Part shown: positions 1 through 10,964 of the stretch, piece after piece | Position numbering within the stretch: position 1 is the stretch's first letter | How the letters are laid out: each line of letters begins with the position of its first letter | Assembly (NCBI RefSeq): GCF_963921235.1 | Contig: NC_086097.1 | Location: 193,690,001 to 193,754,000 of the forward strand | Origin: Mobula hypostoma | Lineage: Eukaryota | Direction of reading: 5' to 3' | DNA length: 64,000 nucleotides | The notes under the pieces: generated by a model | Databases searched by the model: none | The model's input: only the letters and a program-made list of their open reading frames with translations | Told to the model about the DNA's origin: nothing | Position numbers and translations under genes: made by a program

Positions 1-1339
1 ACCTGTCATCAATACTTGTCTGAGCTTGATGCAGAAGACCAACCTTGTTGGCCTCTAAATGTACTGGACTCCCACGGTGTGGCCTGGCAGCATCAAAGAC
101 TTCAGGTGCACCTCTGAAATCCTACTTTAAACCTCCTTGAAATCTTTGACAATGGGCAAACCTTCAACTGAAATAAATATCTAATGGTAAAAGAAATAAA
201 CAATTAAATATGAAAAACAATACCTAAAAATCCTTCCGTAATTAAAAGCTAATCATTTTAAAAAGCATTCCAATCCTCTATCTAAAGCCCTGTGATCCCT
301 ATTGAAATCAATGGAGCCCATGGATCTTTGATACCATGATGATCATCAATGCTGTAGGTCTAATTTAAAACAGAATCCAAGAAGTGATTATTCCATTGCA
401 AATGCAGAGCAATCTGATAAAATTAGACTTTGCCATTGTATTCCACATAGAATCCTGGAATGGAGTGAACTGGTAAATTCAGTGTTTGCCAAAAAAAAAT
501 CTGAGTCAATGCAAGTGGAATGTTTAATTCAAATGTTGTTTCAAATATCAATGTTATGAATACTACAACTTCAAGGAAAATGGAAACTCTACCATGTTCA
601 GTTCTTATTGTAAATTGGTGTTGTCAGAATTTGAGTTCTGGTTATAGTAATTGCTATTTGGAATGTTATTCTTTAACTTATTATTAATGTTCTTTTGAAC
701 TGTCATCGACTGGGGGCAAAGAAGGCAAATATCTGAATGACCTCAATTCCATCTCATGCATAACAACTATATGCAAAGGTGTATATGTAGCACTTTGAAT
801 GGTGGAGCAAATTTTAATAAGAGCAAATGCAGCATGTTAAGATTTTTTTTAAATGATCCCTCATCAAATGAATATATTAGCGGATTCTCCAATATTTGGT
901 GACTACCTACTGCTGGAAAATTGTACGAAGCAGTGACAATTGTGAGACAGATTCTGAATATTCTAGAGTTATCATTTGAACTTGAAGGATTTCCAATATT
1001 AAAGTTCATGTACTTCAGTTGGGACATCTAACTTAATTAGAACTGCTAAGCTACCATCATTCAGCCATATGGCATACAAATCTATTATCACCAGTTTATA
1101 AATAGCTGAACACTGCATCAAAACTATAGAACAGTTTGCCTAATCATATATACTCCTTTAGAAATGCTTGTTTAGCTATAAAATTATTGCAGTGAAATAT
1201 GTTCATAGATTTTCAGTTTTACTTTTTCTTTCTGCAGTGCATTATTTTCAAATTTCACCTCTTGAAATATGCCATTTTATTGTGTTTATTCCACAACTAA
1301 CTTGCATGTATAAATTCTGATGAACCTTTGAAATGCAAG

Positions 1340-1600
1340 TACTGCCATGATGAAAGGAAGCACAACATCAAATTTGCAGAATAATCCTCTTTCATAATGT
1401 TAATTGAAGAAAATTTCTGGTTGTGATACTAGGACAACCCCTTTCTGTACTTCAAATAGTGCTTTAGATTCCTTTGATTGATGTGAAAAGACTTAAAAAG
1501 CCTAGGTTTAATGTTTCATCTGAAAGATGGCATCTCTGACATTACATCTTTCCCATAGCACTTTTAGTCTAGATTATGTACCAGTATCTCAATGGAGAGA
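1340..1600 (-). mobile_element. Degenerate DeuSINE (SacSINE1/AmnSINE-like) relic
   Basis: ggtttaatgtttcatctgaaagatggcatctctgaca resembles the recalled Deu-domain consensus; similar relics near 10450-10620 (+) and 30750-30970 (-). Confidence 0.5.
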
Positions 1601-2835
1601 TCAGCATACTACACTAACCTAATGCTATCTCCCAAAAAACAGTATTAATGCAAGTACAATTCTTAATTTTATTACCTCATTCAATTTTACATCACATTTT
1701 CTTTTCCTGCTTTTTTATGCAGTGCAGACACTATAGTTTCTCCTATATAACTGACACTTGCTATTTCAAATGTTCTACAGTTAGTTTCAATGATAAACTC
1801 AAAAGTTCTGTGACAAGCAAATATAAAACCTATGCAACCAGCAGGATCAACATTGGTACAAAAATGAGAAATTCTGAATTGACTAACTAGTGCCCAGAAG
1901 AATAAAGTGGGATCTTATTTTATATGGCAAGGACTTCATTTGGGAGGGGCTACCTACAATCATCATGTCAACATTGATGAACTTGTGGAATTGGTGACTG
2001 GCTAAAAAGGAAAATGTATTGAGGAAGTTACTGTGATTAATCACTACACTGCCAGGACAAACCAGAGACCATGGTTCACTGCAGAGGCTTGTGCACTGCT
2101 AAAGGATCAGGGCACAGTTTTCAGATCAGGGGATAGGATGATTCGAAGACCAACAAGAGCCGTGCTCTCCCGCACCATCAGGAAGGGAAAGAGAGAATGC
2201 CACAGAAAATTCACTGACAACTTTGTTACACCAGGGACAAGTTGCACAGTTTGAAATGTATACAAATCATGGCAGATTACAAGTCCACCCTGCGTGTCAA
2301 CGACAGTGACATCTCCCTTCCTGATAGGCTGATTGGCTTCTGTGCATGATTTGATGCAATGAATGATGTGACATTGAGGAAAGCTCCCTCTCTCCCTGAG
2401 GAACAGGCACCCTGTCAGGCCACAGCTGAGGTGAGAAGGATCCTAGCCAGGGTAAATCCCCCCACAAAGCTACTGGCCGGATAACATATGCAGTCTGGTG
2501 CTGAGGGATTGTACGGCCCATTGACCAAAGACCTTAACAGACATCTTTAATATCTCGTGTCAACAGTCTACTGAACCTGCAGGCTTCAAGACAGCCACCA
2601 TCATTCCAATGCCCAAGGGTGTGATGGTAATTGGCCTAAATGATTACCATCCAGTGCCACTGACTTCAACAATCGTGAAGTCCTTTGAGTAGCTGGTAAT
2701 TGATTTTATAAAGTCCCACCTTCCAGTTGCATTGGCCCCTTTCCAGTTCACCTACTGCTCAAACTAGTTCACTGATCCTCCATCCTGTCCCAACTATAAA
2801 ACAATGCCTCATAAACCAGCATGTTATTCATCAGC

Positions 2836-4470
2836 AAACAACAGGAATTCTGCAGATGCTGGAAATTCAAGCAACACACATCAAAGTTCCTGGTGAACGC
2901 AGCAGGCCAGGCAGCATCTGTAGGAAGAGGTGCAGTCGACGTCTCAGGCCGAGACCCTTCGTCAGGACTAACTGAAGGAAGAGTGAGTAAGGGATTTGAA
3001 ACTTGGAGGGGGAGATAAAAAATGATAGGAGAAGACAGGAGGGGGAGGGATGGAGCCAAGAGCTGGACAGGTGATAGGCAAAAGGGGATACGAGAGGATC
3101 ATGGGACAGGAGGTCCAGGAAGAAAGACAAGTGGGGGGGGGGAACCCAGAGGATGGGCAAGAGGTATATTCAGAGGGACAGAGGGAGAAAAAGGAGAGTG
3201 AGAGAAAGAATGTGTGCATAAAAATAAGTAACAGATGGGGTACGAGGGGGAGGTGGGGCCTTAGCGGAAGTTAGAGAAGTCGATGTTCATGCCATCAGGT
3301 TGGAGGCTACCCAGATGGAATATAAGGTGTTGTTCCTCCAACCTGAGTGTGGCTTCATCTTTACAGTAGAGGAGGCCGTGGATAGACATGTCAGAATGGG
3401 AATGGGATGTGGAATTAAAATGTGTGGCCACTGGGAGATCCTGCTTTCTCTGGCGGACAGAGCGTAAATGTTCAGCAAAGCGGTCTCCCAGTCTGCGTCG
3501 GGTCTCGCCAATATATAAAAGGCCACATCGGGAGGACCGGACGCAGTATATCACCCCAGTCGACTCACAGGTGAAGTGTTGCCTCACCTGGAAGGACTGT
3601 TTGGGGCCCTGAATGGTGGTAAGGGAGGAAGTGTAAGGGCATGTGTAGCACTTGTTCCGCTTACACGGATAAGTGCCAGGAGGGAGATCAGTGGGGAGGG
3701 ATGGGGGGGACGAATGGACAAGGGAGTTGCTTAGGGAGCAATCCCTGCGGAATGCAGAGGGGTGGGGAGGGAAAGATGTGCTTAGTGGTGGGATCCCGTT
3801 GGAGGTGGCGGAAGTTACGGAGAATAATATGTTGGACACGGAGGCTGGTGGGGTGGTAGGTGAGGACCAGGGGAACCCTATTCCTAGTGGGGTGGCGGGA
3901 GGATGGAGTGAGAGCAGATGTACGTGAAATGGGGGAGATGCGTTTAAGAGCAGAGTTGATAGTGGAGGAAGGGAAGCCCCTTTCTTTAAAAAAGGAAGAC
4001 ATCTCCCTCATCCTAGAATGAAAAGCCTCATCCTGAGAGCAGATGCGGCGACTTCTCTAACTTCCGCTAAGGCCCCACCTCCCCCTCGTACCCCATCTGT
4101 TACTTATTTTTATGCACACATTCTTTCTCTCACTCTCCTTTTTCTCCCTCTGTCCCTCTGAATATACCTCTTGCCCATCCTCTGGGTCCCCGCCCCCCCA
4201 GCCTTGTCTTTCTTCCCGGACCTCCTGTCCCATGATCCTCTCGTATCCCCTTTTGCCTATCACCTGTCCAGCTCTAGGCTCTATCCCTCCCCCTCCTGTC
4301 TTCTCCTATCATTTTGGATCTCCCCCTCCCCCTCCAACTTTCAAATCCCTTACTCACTCTTCCTTCAGTTAGTCCTGACGAAGGGTCTCGGCCTGAGACG
4401 TCGACTGCACCTCTTCCTACAGATGCTGCCTGGCCTGCTGCGTTCACCAGCAACTTTGATGTGTGTTGCT
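2836..4470 (-). mobile_element. 5'-truncated Penelope-like retroelement with GIY-YIG endonuclease and an inverted copy of its 3' end
   Basis: ORF 3261-3839: CKRNKCYTC...VIYCVRSSRCGLLYIGETRRRLGDRFAEH...PVATHFN...GMN; ~415-bp inverted arms 2869-3282 / 4049-4471; 14-bp TSD tgttattcatcagc at 2822-2835 and 4471-4484. Confidence 0.92.
4371..4406 (+). ncRNA. Minimal hammerhead motif of the Penelope pLTR with mutated core (GAGA for GAAA); mirror copy at 2934-2969 (-)
   Basis: agtc-CTGACGA-agggtctcggcct-GAGA-cgTC-gact. Confidence 0.65.
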
Positions 4471-5584
4471 TGTTATTCATCAGCTTCAACTTGGCCTTTA
4501 ACAAGATTTTCTTCAGAGGCTGTGGGAAACAGTCCTCATTGGACTCAAAACCCCTCTCTGTAACTGAATCTTAGACTTCTTGATGGAAAAGTCACAGACA
4601 GTCCAAGTTGGAAGCAATGTCTCAAGCTTCATCACACTGTCCCCCAGAGCTGTGTGTTCAGCCCACTGCTGACACACGACTGCACTGCCAGATCTAGCCC
4701 ATGCTCAAGTTTGCATCATCAAGTTCTCTGATGATACTACAGTGGTTGGCCTCATCAGCAGCAATAATGAGTTGGCATACAGAGAGGAGGTAGGGAGGCT
4801 TGTCAAATGGTGTGAGAATGACAACCTGAGTCTCAATGTGAGAAGATAAAAGAGATGGATACAGATTTGAGGAAGGTGCAGGTTGACCACTTTCCATTGC
4901 ATATCGATAGCTCTGCTTAGGAGAGAGTAAAGAGCACAAATCTGCTTGGTGTACACATAATGGACAATCTAACCTAGACCTACAACATCTCCTCATTAGT
5001 CAAGAAGGTACATCAGCTTCTACACTTTCTAAGGAGAGTGAGATGCACAAGGCTCCCCCCCCCACCCCCATTCTAACAACTTCCTGCAGAAGAACCATCG
5101 AGAGTGTCCTGTCTGGATACATTATTGGAAGCTTTAATGCATCGGGCCACAAAACCCTACAGAGGATGATTAAAAACTGCTGAGAGGACTATTGGGGTCT
5201 CCTTCCCCTTCTATTGTGAAATATTGTTTTCAAAGGGGCCAAAGCATTGTTGAGGATCCCGACCACCCATCCCACAATCTCCTTGATCACACTATCAACA
5301 GAAAGGAGGTTTTAGGAACATCAGGACTAGGACTGTCATACCGGGTAAAAACTACTTGCCTCAGGCTGTGAGACTAATAAATCCCCTGCAACCATTGAGA
5401 TCTCGTCACGAGGAGAGTGAGCTGTTTGCTGTTTACTGTTTACCTGTGCTGCACACTACAGGCATTTTGAATTGTATTTGATTAATTTAATCATAGTAGC
5501 ATTTATTTATGTGTTGTGTGTGATATATATATTTTATGTGGGTGCACAGTGGTCTGGAGGAATGTTGTTTCATTTTGTTGTATT

Positions 5585-5860
5585 TATTTAATGAGACACA
5601 GTACGGAATAGGCCCTTCAAGCCGTGCTGGCTAGCTCCCCCTGATTTAACACTAGCCTAATATGGGGACAATCAACATTGACCAATTAACCTGCTAACCA
5701 GTACATCTTTGGAATGTGGGAGGAAACGAGCACCAAGAAAAAACACGTACATTTCACAGGGAAGATTTAAAGACTCCTTACAGATAACAATGGAATTGAA
5801 CTCCAATGCCCTGAACTGTAATAGCACCTAGTGCTAATCACCTACGCTACAATCGCGTCC
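5585..5860 (-). mobile_element. V-SINE (HE1-like)
   Basis: tgtgggaggaaacgagcacc V-domain complement and aggcccttcaagcc tail; inserted in the Rex1 3' UTR. Confidence 0.7.
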
Positions 5861-6235
5861 CATACATATATGCACAGTCAGATGACAATAAACTTAAACT
5901 TCCCTGATATCAACACTAAGAGGAAGATGATCATGAAATGCTAAGTTAAGTTGTAATGTTCCTGATATTTTCACAGCTAACAGCAATTAAACAAAAAAAG
6001 CAACAATTAAACATCAAAAATAGGATGTACCAATTGAGGCAGAAAGAGTGCCGCATTAGGATTCCATGGCAGATAAAATCAATGAAAGACTAGGCGGTAG
6101 CTGCTCCAACAATGAGCCAGTTTCTTTGAGAGAAGACAAACTAGGACAATATTAAACAATTGAAAAAGCTAATTGTATAACAAATATAGTTTTCTTGTTT
6201 TTTGTATCTAATTTTGCCATCTGGTTCCATTTCAG

Positions 6236-6324
6236 TTGTAACTTTGATGATACTGCCCAATATCATGCTTCTGCCATGAATGCCAAGGGAGAACTTTCAG
6301 CTTATGCATCAGTTGTGGTGAAGA
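6236..6324 (+). CDS. MYOM1: MYOM1 coding exon, end of Ig domain My2 (CNFDDTAQYHASAMNAKGELSAYASVVVK); the upstream exons appear to lie before the window
   Basis: ttcAG acceptor and GTatgt donor; translation closely matches recalled human MYOM1 CDFEDTAQYRASAMNVKGELSAYASVVVKR. Confidence 0.93.
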
Positions 6325-6428
6325 GTATGTCCATGCAAATAACTTTTTAATGTTACCCATTTCAGTGACTTGTGTTATTTTTGGTGGAATGCATCAATAG
6401 ACACCCTTCTGTTTCCTATTTGCTTCAG

Positions 6429-6488
6429 GGTTCAAGGCTGAACATGATGATTTCTCATTCCATCCGGGAAGATATGGAATTCCTTCCT
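6429..6488 (+). CDS. MYOM1: MYOM1 short linker exon (RFKAEHDDFSFHPGRYGIPS)
   Basis: cttcAG acceptor after a 104-nt intron, GTacgt donor; phase 1-1 joins both neighbours in frame; resembles human RYKGEFDETRFH. Confidence 0.82.
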
Positions 6489-6719
6489 GTACGTACCACT
6501 TTTATCAGTATAGTCAGCTTATTAGATACCACTGCTGGATAAACTAATTTTTACTCTATTAATTGATTGCTAAATAACATTGATCTATATTTTAACTCAT
6601 ATGTAGATAATTCTATGATTTGTAATTTGTAGAGTTTAAAATCAGAAACCTGACATTACACTAATTAACATTCCATGATGTGACATTTTCCCTCTTTTCA
6701 GCATTCTTGAGATCTGCAC

Positions 6720-7255
6720 CAGTGGTTCTCAACCATTCTCTGTTTGTGGCCCAATTGTGACTTTCATTTACTTGTGTGGCCCCCAACTTTTAGAGTCTCC
6801 ATTAGTTACTAAGGTTTTTTTGTTGGGGGGTCAACTGTACTAATTATTCCGATATACAGTCAATATTTGTTTTAACAGGTTATAGGTATTGTATGTTAAA
6901 TATAATGTTACAAGTGTATATGAAAAACAAAACTACTTCGAAGCCCTGAAAAGGATACTTTATTTATAATATATAAAATATCCTTCCAACCAGAAACAAT
7001 AAAGCACTTAATATCATTACTTGGGTATTTAGTGAGATCCTGGCAGCTGACACAGACTAGCAAGTTTTTTGAATATCTGGTTGCAACTTGGTTAAAGATA
7101 ACTAAATTACATTTATTCATTTCTTTTTTATTTATATATTTTAGTAATTTTAAAAATCAAAACAGGAAACTTGTGGCCCATTCAGAAGCTCCTGTGGCTG
7201 CCCGATTCTTGTTTTTTACTACGAAAACTGGCATGGTCCACATTGAGAACCACTG
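6720..7255. mobile_element. Non-autonomous hAT (Charlie-like) element
   Basis: TIRs cagtggttctcaa ... ttgagaaccactg; TSD not preserved. Confidence 0.7.
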
Positions 7256-7390
7256 AAATAGAACTTCCTTTGATCTCATTAAAAATAATAAACTGTAGCC
7301 AGTTGATAATTGATTCTGATTAAGTGACACTAGATTTCATCTGATTTGATAAATTAACCAGGTAGATAGAATATCACAGGTACTACAACG

Positions 7391-7637
7391 TCTGCAAATG
7401 CTGGAAATCCAAAGCAATACACATAAAATACTGGGTGAACTCTGCTGGTCGGGCAGGATCTATGAAATGAATAATCAGTTGACATATTGGGCCGAGACCC
7501 TCCTTTAGGACCAAAAAGATGTTCCCCATCCTTTTCAGACCTGAAGTACAGTGTTGGCCCGAAATGTTATCTGATTATTCATTTCCATAGATGCTGCCTG
7601 ACTTGCTGAGTTTCTCCAGCATTCTGTGTGTGTTGCT
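7391..7637. mobile_element. Old degenerate Penelope-derived fold-back element
   Basis: gcaatacacataaaatactgggtgaactc...catagatgctgcctgacttgctgagtttctccagcattctgtgtgtgttgc inverted arms; related fragments at ~31297-31392, 33634-33820, 36580-36720 and 62140-62290. Confidence 0.7.
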
Positions 7638-7773
7638 TTGTAATATCGCAAAACTGATATTCTTGGAAACTTTACATATTGTAATACAACAGTGGTTCAG
7701 TTTAAATCAAATCTGCAAAGAGCATTATTTTTGCTTTAATAAATACAATAGTAAGCAACAAAGAATCAGTGAT

Positions 7774-8000
7774 ATACATCAAAGTTGCTGGTGAACGCAG
7801 CAGGCCAAGCAGCATCTATAGGAAGAGGCGCAGTCGACGTTTCAGGCCGAGACCCTTCGTCAAGTCCTGACGAAGGGTCTCGGCCTGAAACGTCGACTGT
7901 GCCTCTTCCTATAGATGCTGCTTGGCCTGCTGTGTTCACCAGCAACTTTGATGTATGTTGCTTGAATTTCCAGCATCTGCAGAATTCCTGTTGTTTACGT
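7774..8000. mobile_element. Young Penelope-derived fold-back mini-element
   Basis: 89-bp arms 7774-7862 / 7868-7956 with a 5-nt loop; 13-bp TSD aagaatcagtgat at 7761-7773 and 8001-8013. Confidence 0.9.
7863..7898 (+). ncRNA. Minimal type I hammerhead ribozyme (Penelope dimer type), intact core, sense to MYOM1
   Basis: agtc-CTGACGA-agggtctcggcct-GAAA-cg-TC^gact; stem I agtc/gact, palindromic ACGT stem III, predicted cleavage after 7894. Confidence 0.8.
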
Positions 8001-9237
8001 AAGAATCAGTGATGATGATCTAAATAATATGACCACGTATTCTCCAGATATAAAGAAAATAATATTGTTAAAGAGTTAATGATCAGCATTTGAAAGGTCA
8101 AATATGTTAATGGGCTCTGTCTGATGGATTTTTAGTTAGTATTGCTCTAGAAAACCAGCTGTTTGCTACGGCATGCATGTCAGTCGCTTCTGCATGCACA
8201 CAGTGCAGAGCCACCAAGTTTGGAACCATTGAGTTCAGGAGTGATTCCTAATTGTACTGAGATGAGAAACCACAAAACTTCCTTCCAGGCTATCCAGCTT
8301 TATGTCAGCCAGAAGTGGCCCATCCAATACTGTCCCATTCATTTGAATGTGATTGCCAATTTCATTTTCATTATAAGAAGCAGTAAATAATTCATGTTTG
8401 CTTGAATTTTAAATGCCTCTAGCATTTTTTTGTTTGGAATACAGGGAAATAGGAGCAGGAATAGCTACCTGGCCCCTCAAATCTGTCCATCCATTCAATC
8501 TGGTCATGGCTGATCCGCCCCAGGCCTTAACTTTTCAAAATGAACTTGCCAAAAGTATATTTAAATCCTCAATCCAGCTTTTATTCTTCCACAGTTCATG
8601 TCGCTTAGATGTCTTTATTATTTTTGGGATCTGAGATGGTTATTTCCCTAATCTGATTATTCAGAACATAGAAGGAACAAAACTAAACTGAAAATATTTT
8701 TCAGATGTTGATAAATCCAGCATTACATAGCAGTACTTTCTGTTTTTATATGAGACTTTTTCAAGGCTTAATAGATTTAGATCTTAAGTTAGCATGATCA
8801 ACTGGGTTTCATTTGTTTTTATAGTCTCTTTTATGGCATCTGAATCTGCAGTACTTTTTGTATTATGTTGACAAAACCAGTCAAAATAAGTTTTCTAAAA
8901 TTTATTTCACCTGATAGGTATGTTAGCAGTCCGACTTCTTATCAGGGCTATATAGTTAGGCAGATTCTTGTTAAATGTGTTCATTGTTGCTGTCCCTGAC
9001 TATTGTGAAATTACTGCAGTAACGGTCGAAAGCTGCATGAATATAAAATAGTTATTTCATACTGAACAAACCTGTAACTTCCTGTTACCCATTTGCAACT
9101 CTTCCCTTGGGCTACCAGAGGTCAAGTCAGGGGATATTTACCCTTTGCAGCAAATTACAATTTGCTCAATACTTGTAAAGGCTAACTCGGGAAATATTTG
9201 CAGGGGTCACTAGTGGAAGCATGAAAATGAATGGAAG

Positions 9238-9882
9238 CAACAAACAGAAAAGTTGCTGGTGAACGCAGCAGGCCAGGCAGCATCTCTAGAAAAAGGTACA
9301 GTCGATGTTTCGGGCCGAGACCCTTCATCAGGACTAATTGAAAGAAGAGCTAGTAAGAGATTTGAAAGTGGGAGGGGGAGGGGGAGATCCGAAATGATAG
9401 GAGAAGACAGGAGGGGGAGGGATGGAGTCGAGAGCTGGACAGTTGATTGGCAAAAGGGATATGAGAGGATCATGGGACAGTATTTATATCCACATATTCT
9501 TTTTCTCTCTCTCCTTTTTCTCCCTCTGTCCCTCTCACTATACCCCTTGCCCATCCTCTGGGTTTTTTCCCTCCTCCCCCTTTTCCTTCTCCCTGGGCCT
9601 TCTGTACCATGATCCTCTCATATCCCTTTTGCCAATCAACTGTCCAGCTCTTGGCTCCATCCCTCCCCCTCCTGTCTTCTCCTATCATTTTGGATCTCCC
9701 CGTTCCCCCTCCCACTTTCAAATCTCTTATTAGCTCAGTTAGTCCTGACGAAGGGTCTCAGCCCGAAACGTCAACTGTACCTCTTCCTAGAGATGCTGCC
9801 TGGCCTGCTGCGTTCACCAGCAACTTTGATGTGTGTTGCTTGAAATTTCAGCATCTGCAGATCAACTCGTGTTTGCATTTTT
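9238..9882. mobile_element. Penelope-derived fold-back element (pLTR plus inverted partial copy)
   Basis: inverted arm ~9238-9480 against ~9600-9840; 13-bp TSD aaatgaatggaag at 9225-9237 and 9883-9895. Confidence 0.88.
9741..9776 (+). ncRNA. Minimal hammerhead motif, intact catalytic core, one stem I mismatch; antisense variant at 9300-9335
   Basis: agtc-CTGACGA-agggtctcagccc-GAAA-cg-TC-aact. Confidence 0.7.
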
Positions 9883-9925
9883 AAATGAATGGAAGGTTCT
9901 GAATATTATATACTTTTCTAAACAG

Positions 9926-10090
9926 ATGACTACTTCCCTGGGGATTCTCACGTGAAGTTTGATGTGCATATTGTTGAAAAGTTCGGTGTGTCATTTGGTA
10001 TGGAAGGAGAGACGATGAGTTTGGGCTGCGCTGTCATTGTTCACCCCAGTCTAAAGCGATTTCAGCCAGAGATCCAGTGGTGGCGTGATG
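9926..10090 (+). CDS. MYOM1: MYOM1 exon, Ig domain My3 first half (DYFPGDSHVKFDVHIVEKFGVSFGMEGETMSLGCAVIVHPSLKRFQPEIQWWRD)
   Basis: aacAG / GTaagt; matches the myomesin motif FGREGETMSLGC...FQPEIQW. Confidence 0.93.
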
Positions 10091-10802
10091 GTAAGTGTCC
10101 TTTCTGTGCTGGAGAAATCATTATGACACCATATTTACCAAGAAATTAAACTGAAAACAAAAACAAAAATATTCCTTAATTATCTCCCAATTTTCCTGGC
10201 ATATTGTTCAAAAGCATTCATCAAACCTCCCTAACCTTCTCCCTATCGTTCTCCAACCAGCCGTAGTTCTCTAACACTTATAACAAAAGCTAAATCTGTG
10301 AATTTAGGTGATATGACACAGTGTGGTTCCTTGTCACAAAGACCAATGCTGGAAAATGGTTAACTAGATATCAGCCAAGATACTGGGTGATATTGGCTGC
10401 TATTGATAGCCTTTTGCTGTCGTGACTCTGAAATCTGCAACTCACAGCCACTATGTGGGTAAGATCAGCTGACCAAATTCCAGTCAGAGGTCGAGTGCAT
10501 GATGTTGCTTTTGGATGAGCATGTTAAAGAGACATGATTTATATTTGTGCATTCTTAATGTTCTATTTGATAATTATAAGTGTCAGTGTCCTTGCTGGCA
10601 ATTCCCCTACAAGCAGACAATATAGATTTGGGATTTTCCTACCTTAACTTTCAATATTTTATACTTTAGATTTCATTTTAACTGCATTGACAGTGATAAG
10701 CATGCCAAGTAAACATAAGACATTGTTGGAATTGTGGCCTCATTGTCTTGCTGTCTGCGCCTGTCCTATGCTTATTTTCTATCTTTTATATTTCTTTACT
10801 AG

Positions 10803-10964
10803 GTATTCAGTTACATCCGTCCAAATGGGTTCAGATGCACTGGAGTGGTGAACATGCCACACTAACTCTTACTCACTTAAACAAAGAGGATGAAGGGTTG
10901 TACACAATGCGTGTGCTGACGAAGTCTGGTTATGAACTCCATAGTGCCTATGTGTTTGTGAGAG
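10803..10964 (+). CDS. MYOM1: MYOM1 exon, My3 second half (GIQLHPSKWVQMHWSGEHATLTLTHLNKEDEGLYTMRV...SAYVFVR)
   Basis: actAG / GTatgt; HLNKEDEGLYT and SAYVFVR motifs. Confidence 0.95.

Larger units (their letters stand above)
1950..5900 (+). mobile_element. Rex1/Babar-type LINE remnant, interrupted by a Penelope element and a V-SINE
   Basis: NQRPWF...FRSGD, LNDYHPVPLTSTIVKSFE and MLFISFNLAFN motifs; 3' tail gacaataaacttaaactt; many stops and frameshifts. Confidence 0.8.

Noticed and set aside
2727..4574. Many overlapping ORFs with repeated peptides (SPDEGSRPETST, NAAGQAAS)
   Set aside because: They are translations of the non-coding Penelope pLTR and hammerhead in both orientations, not genes.
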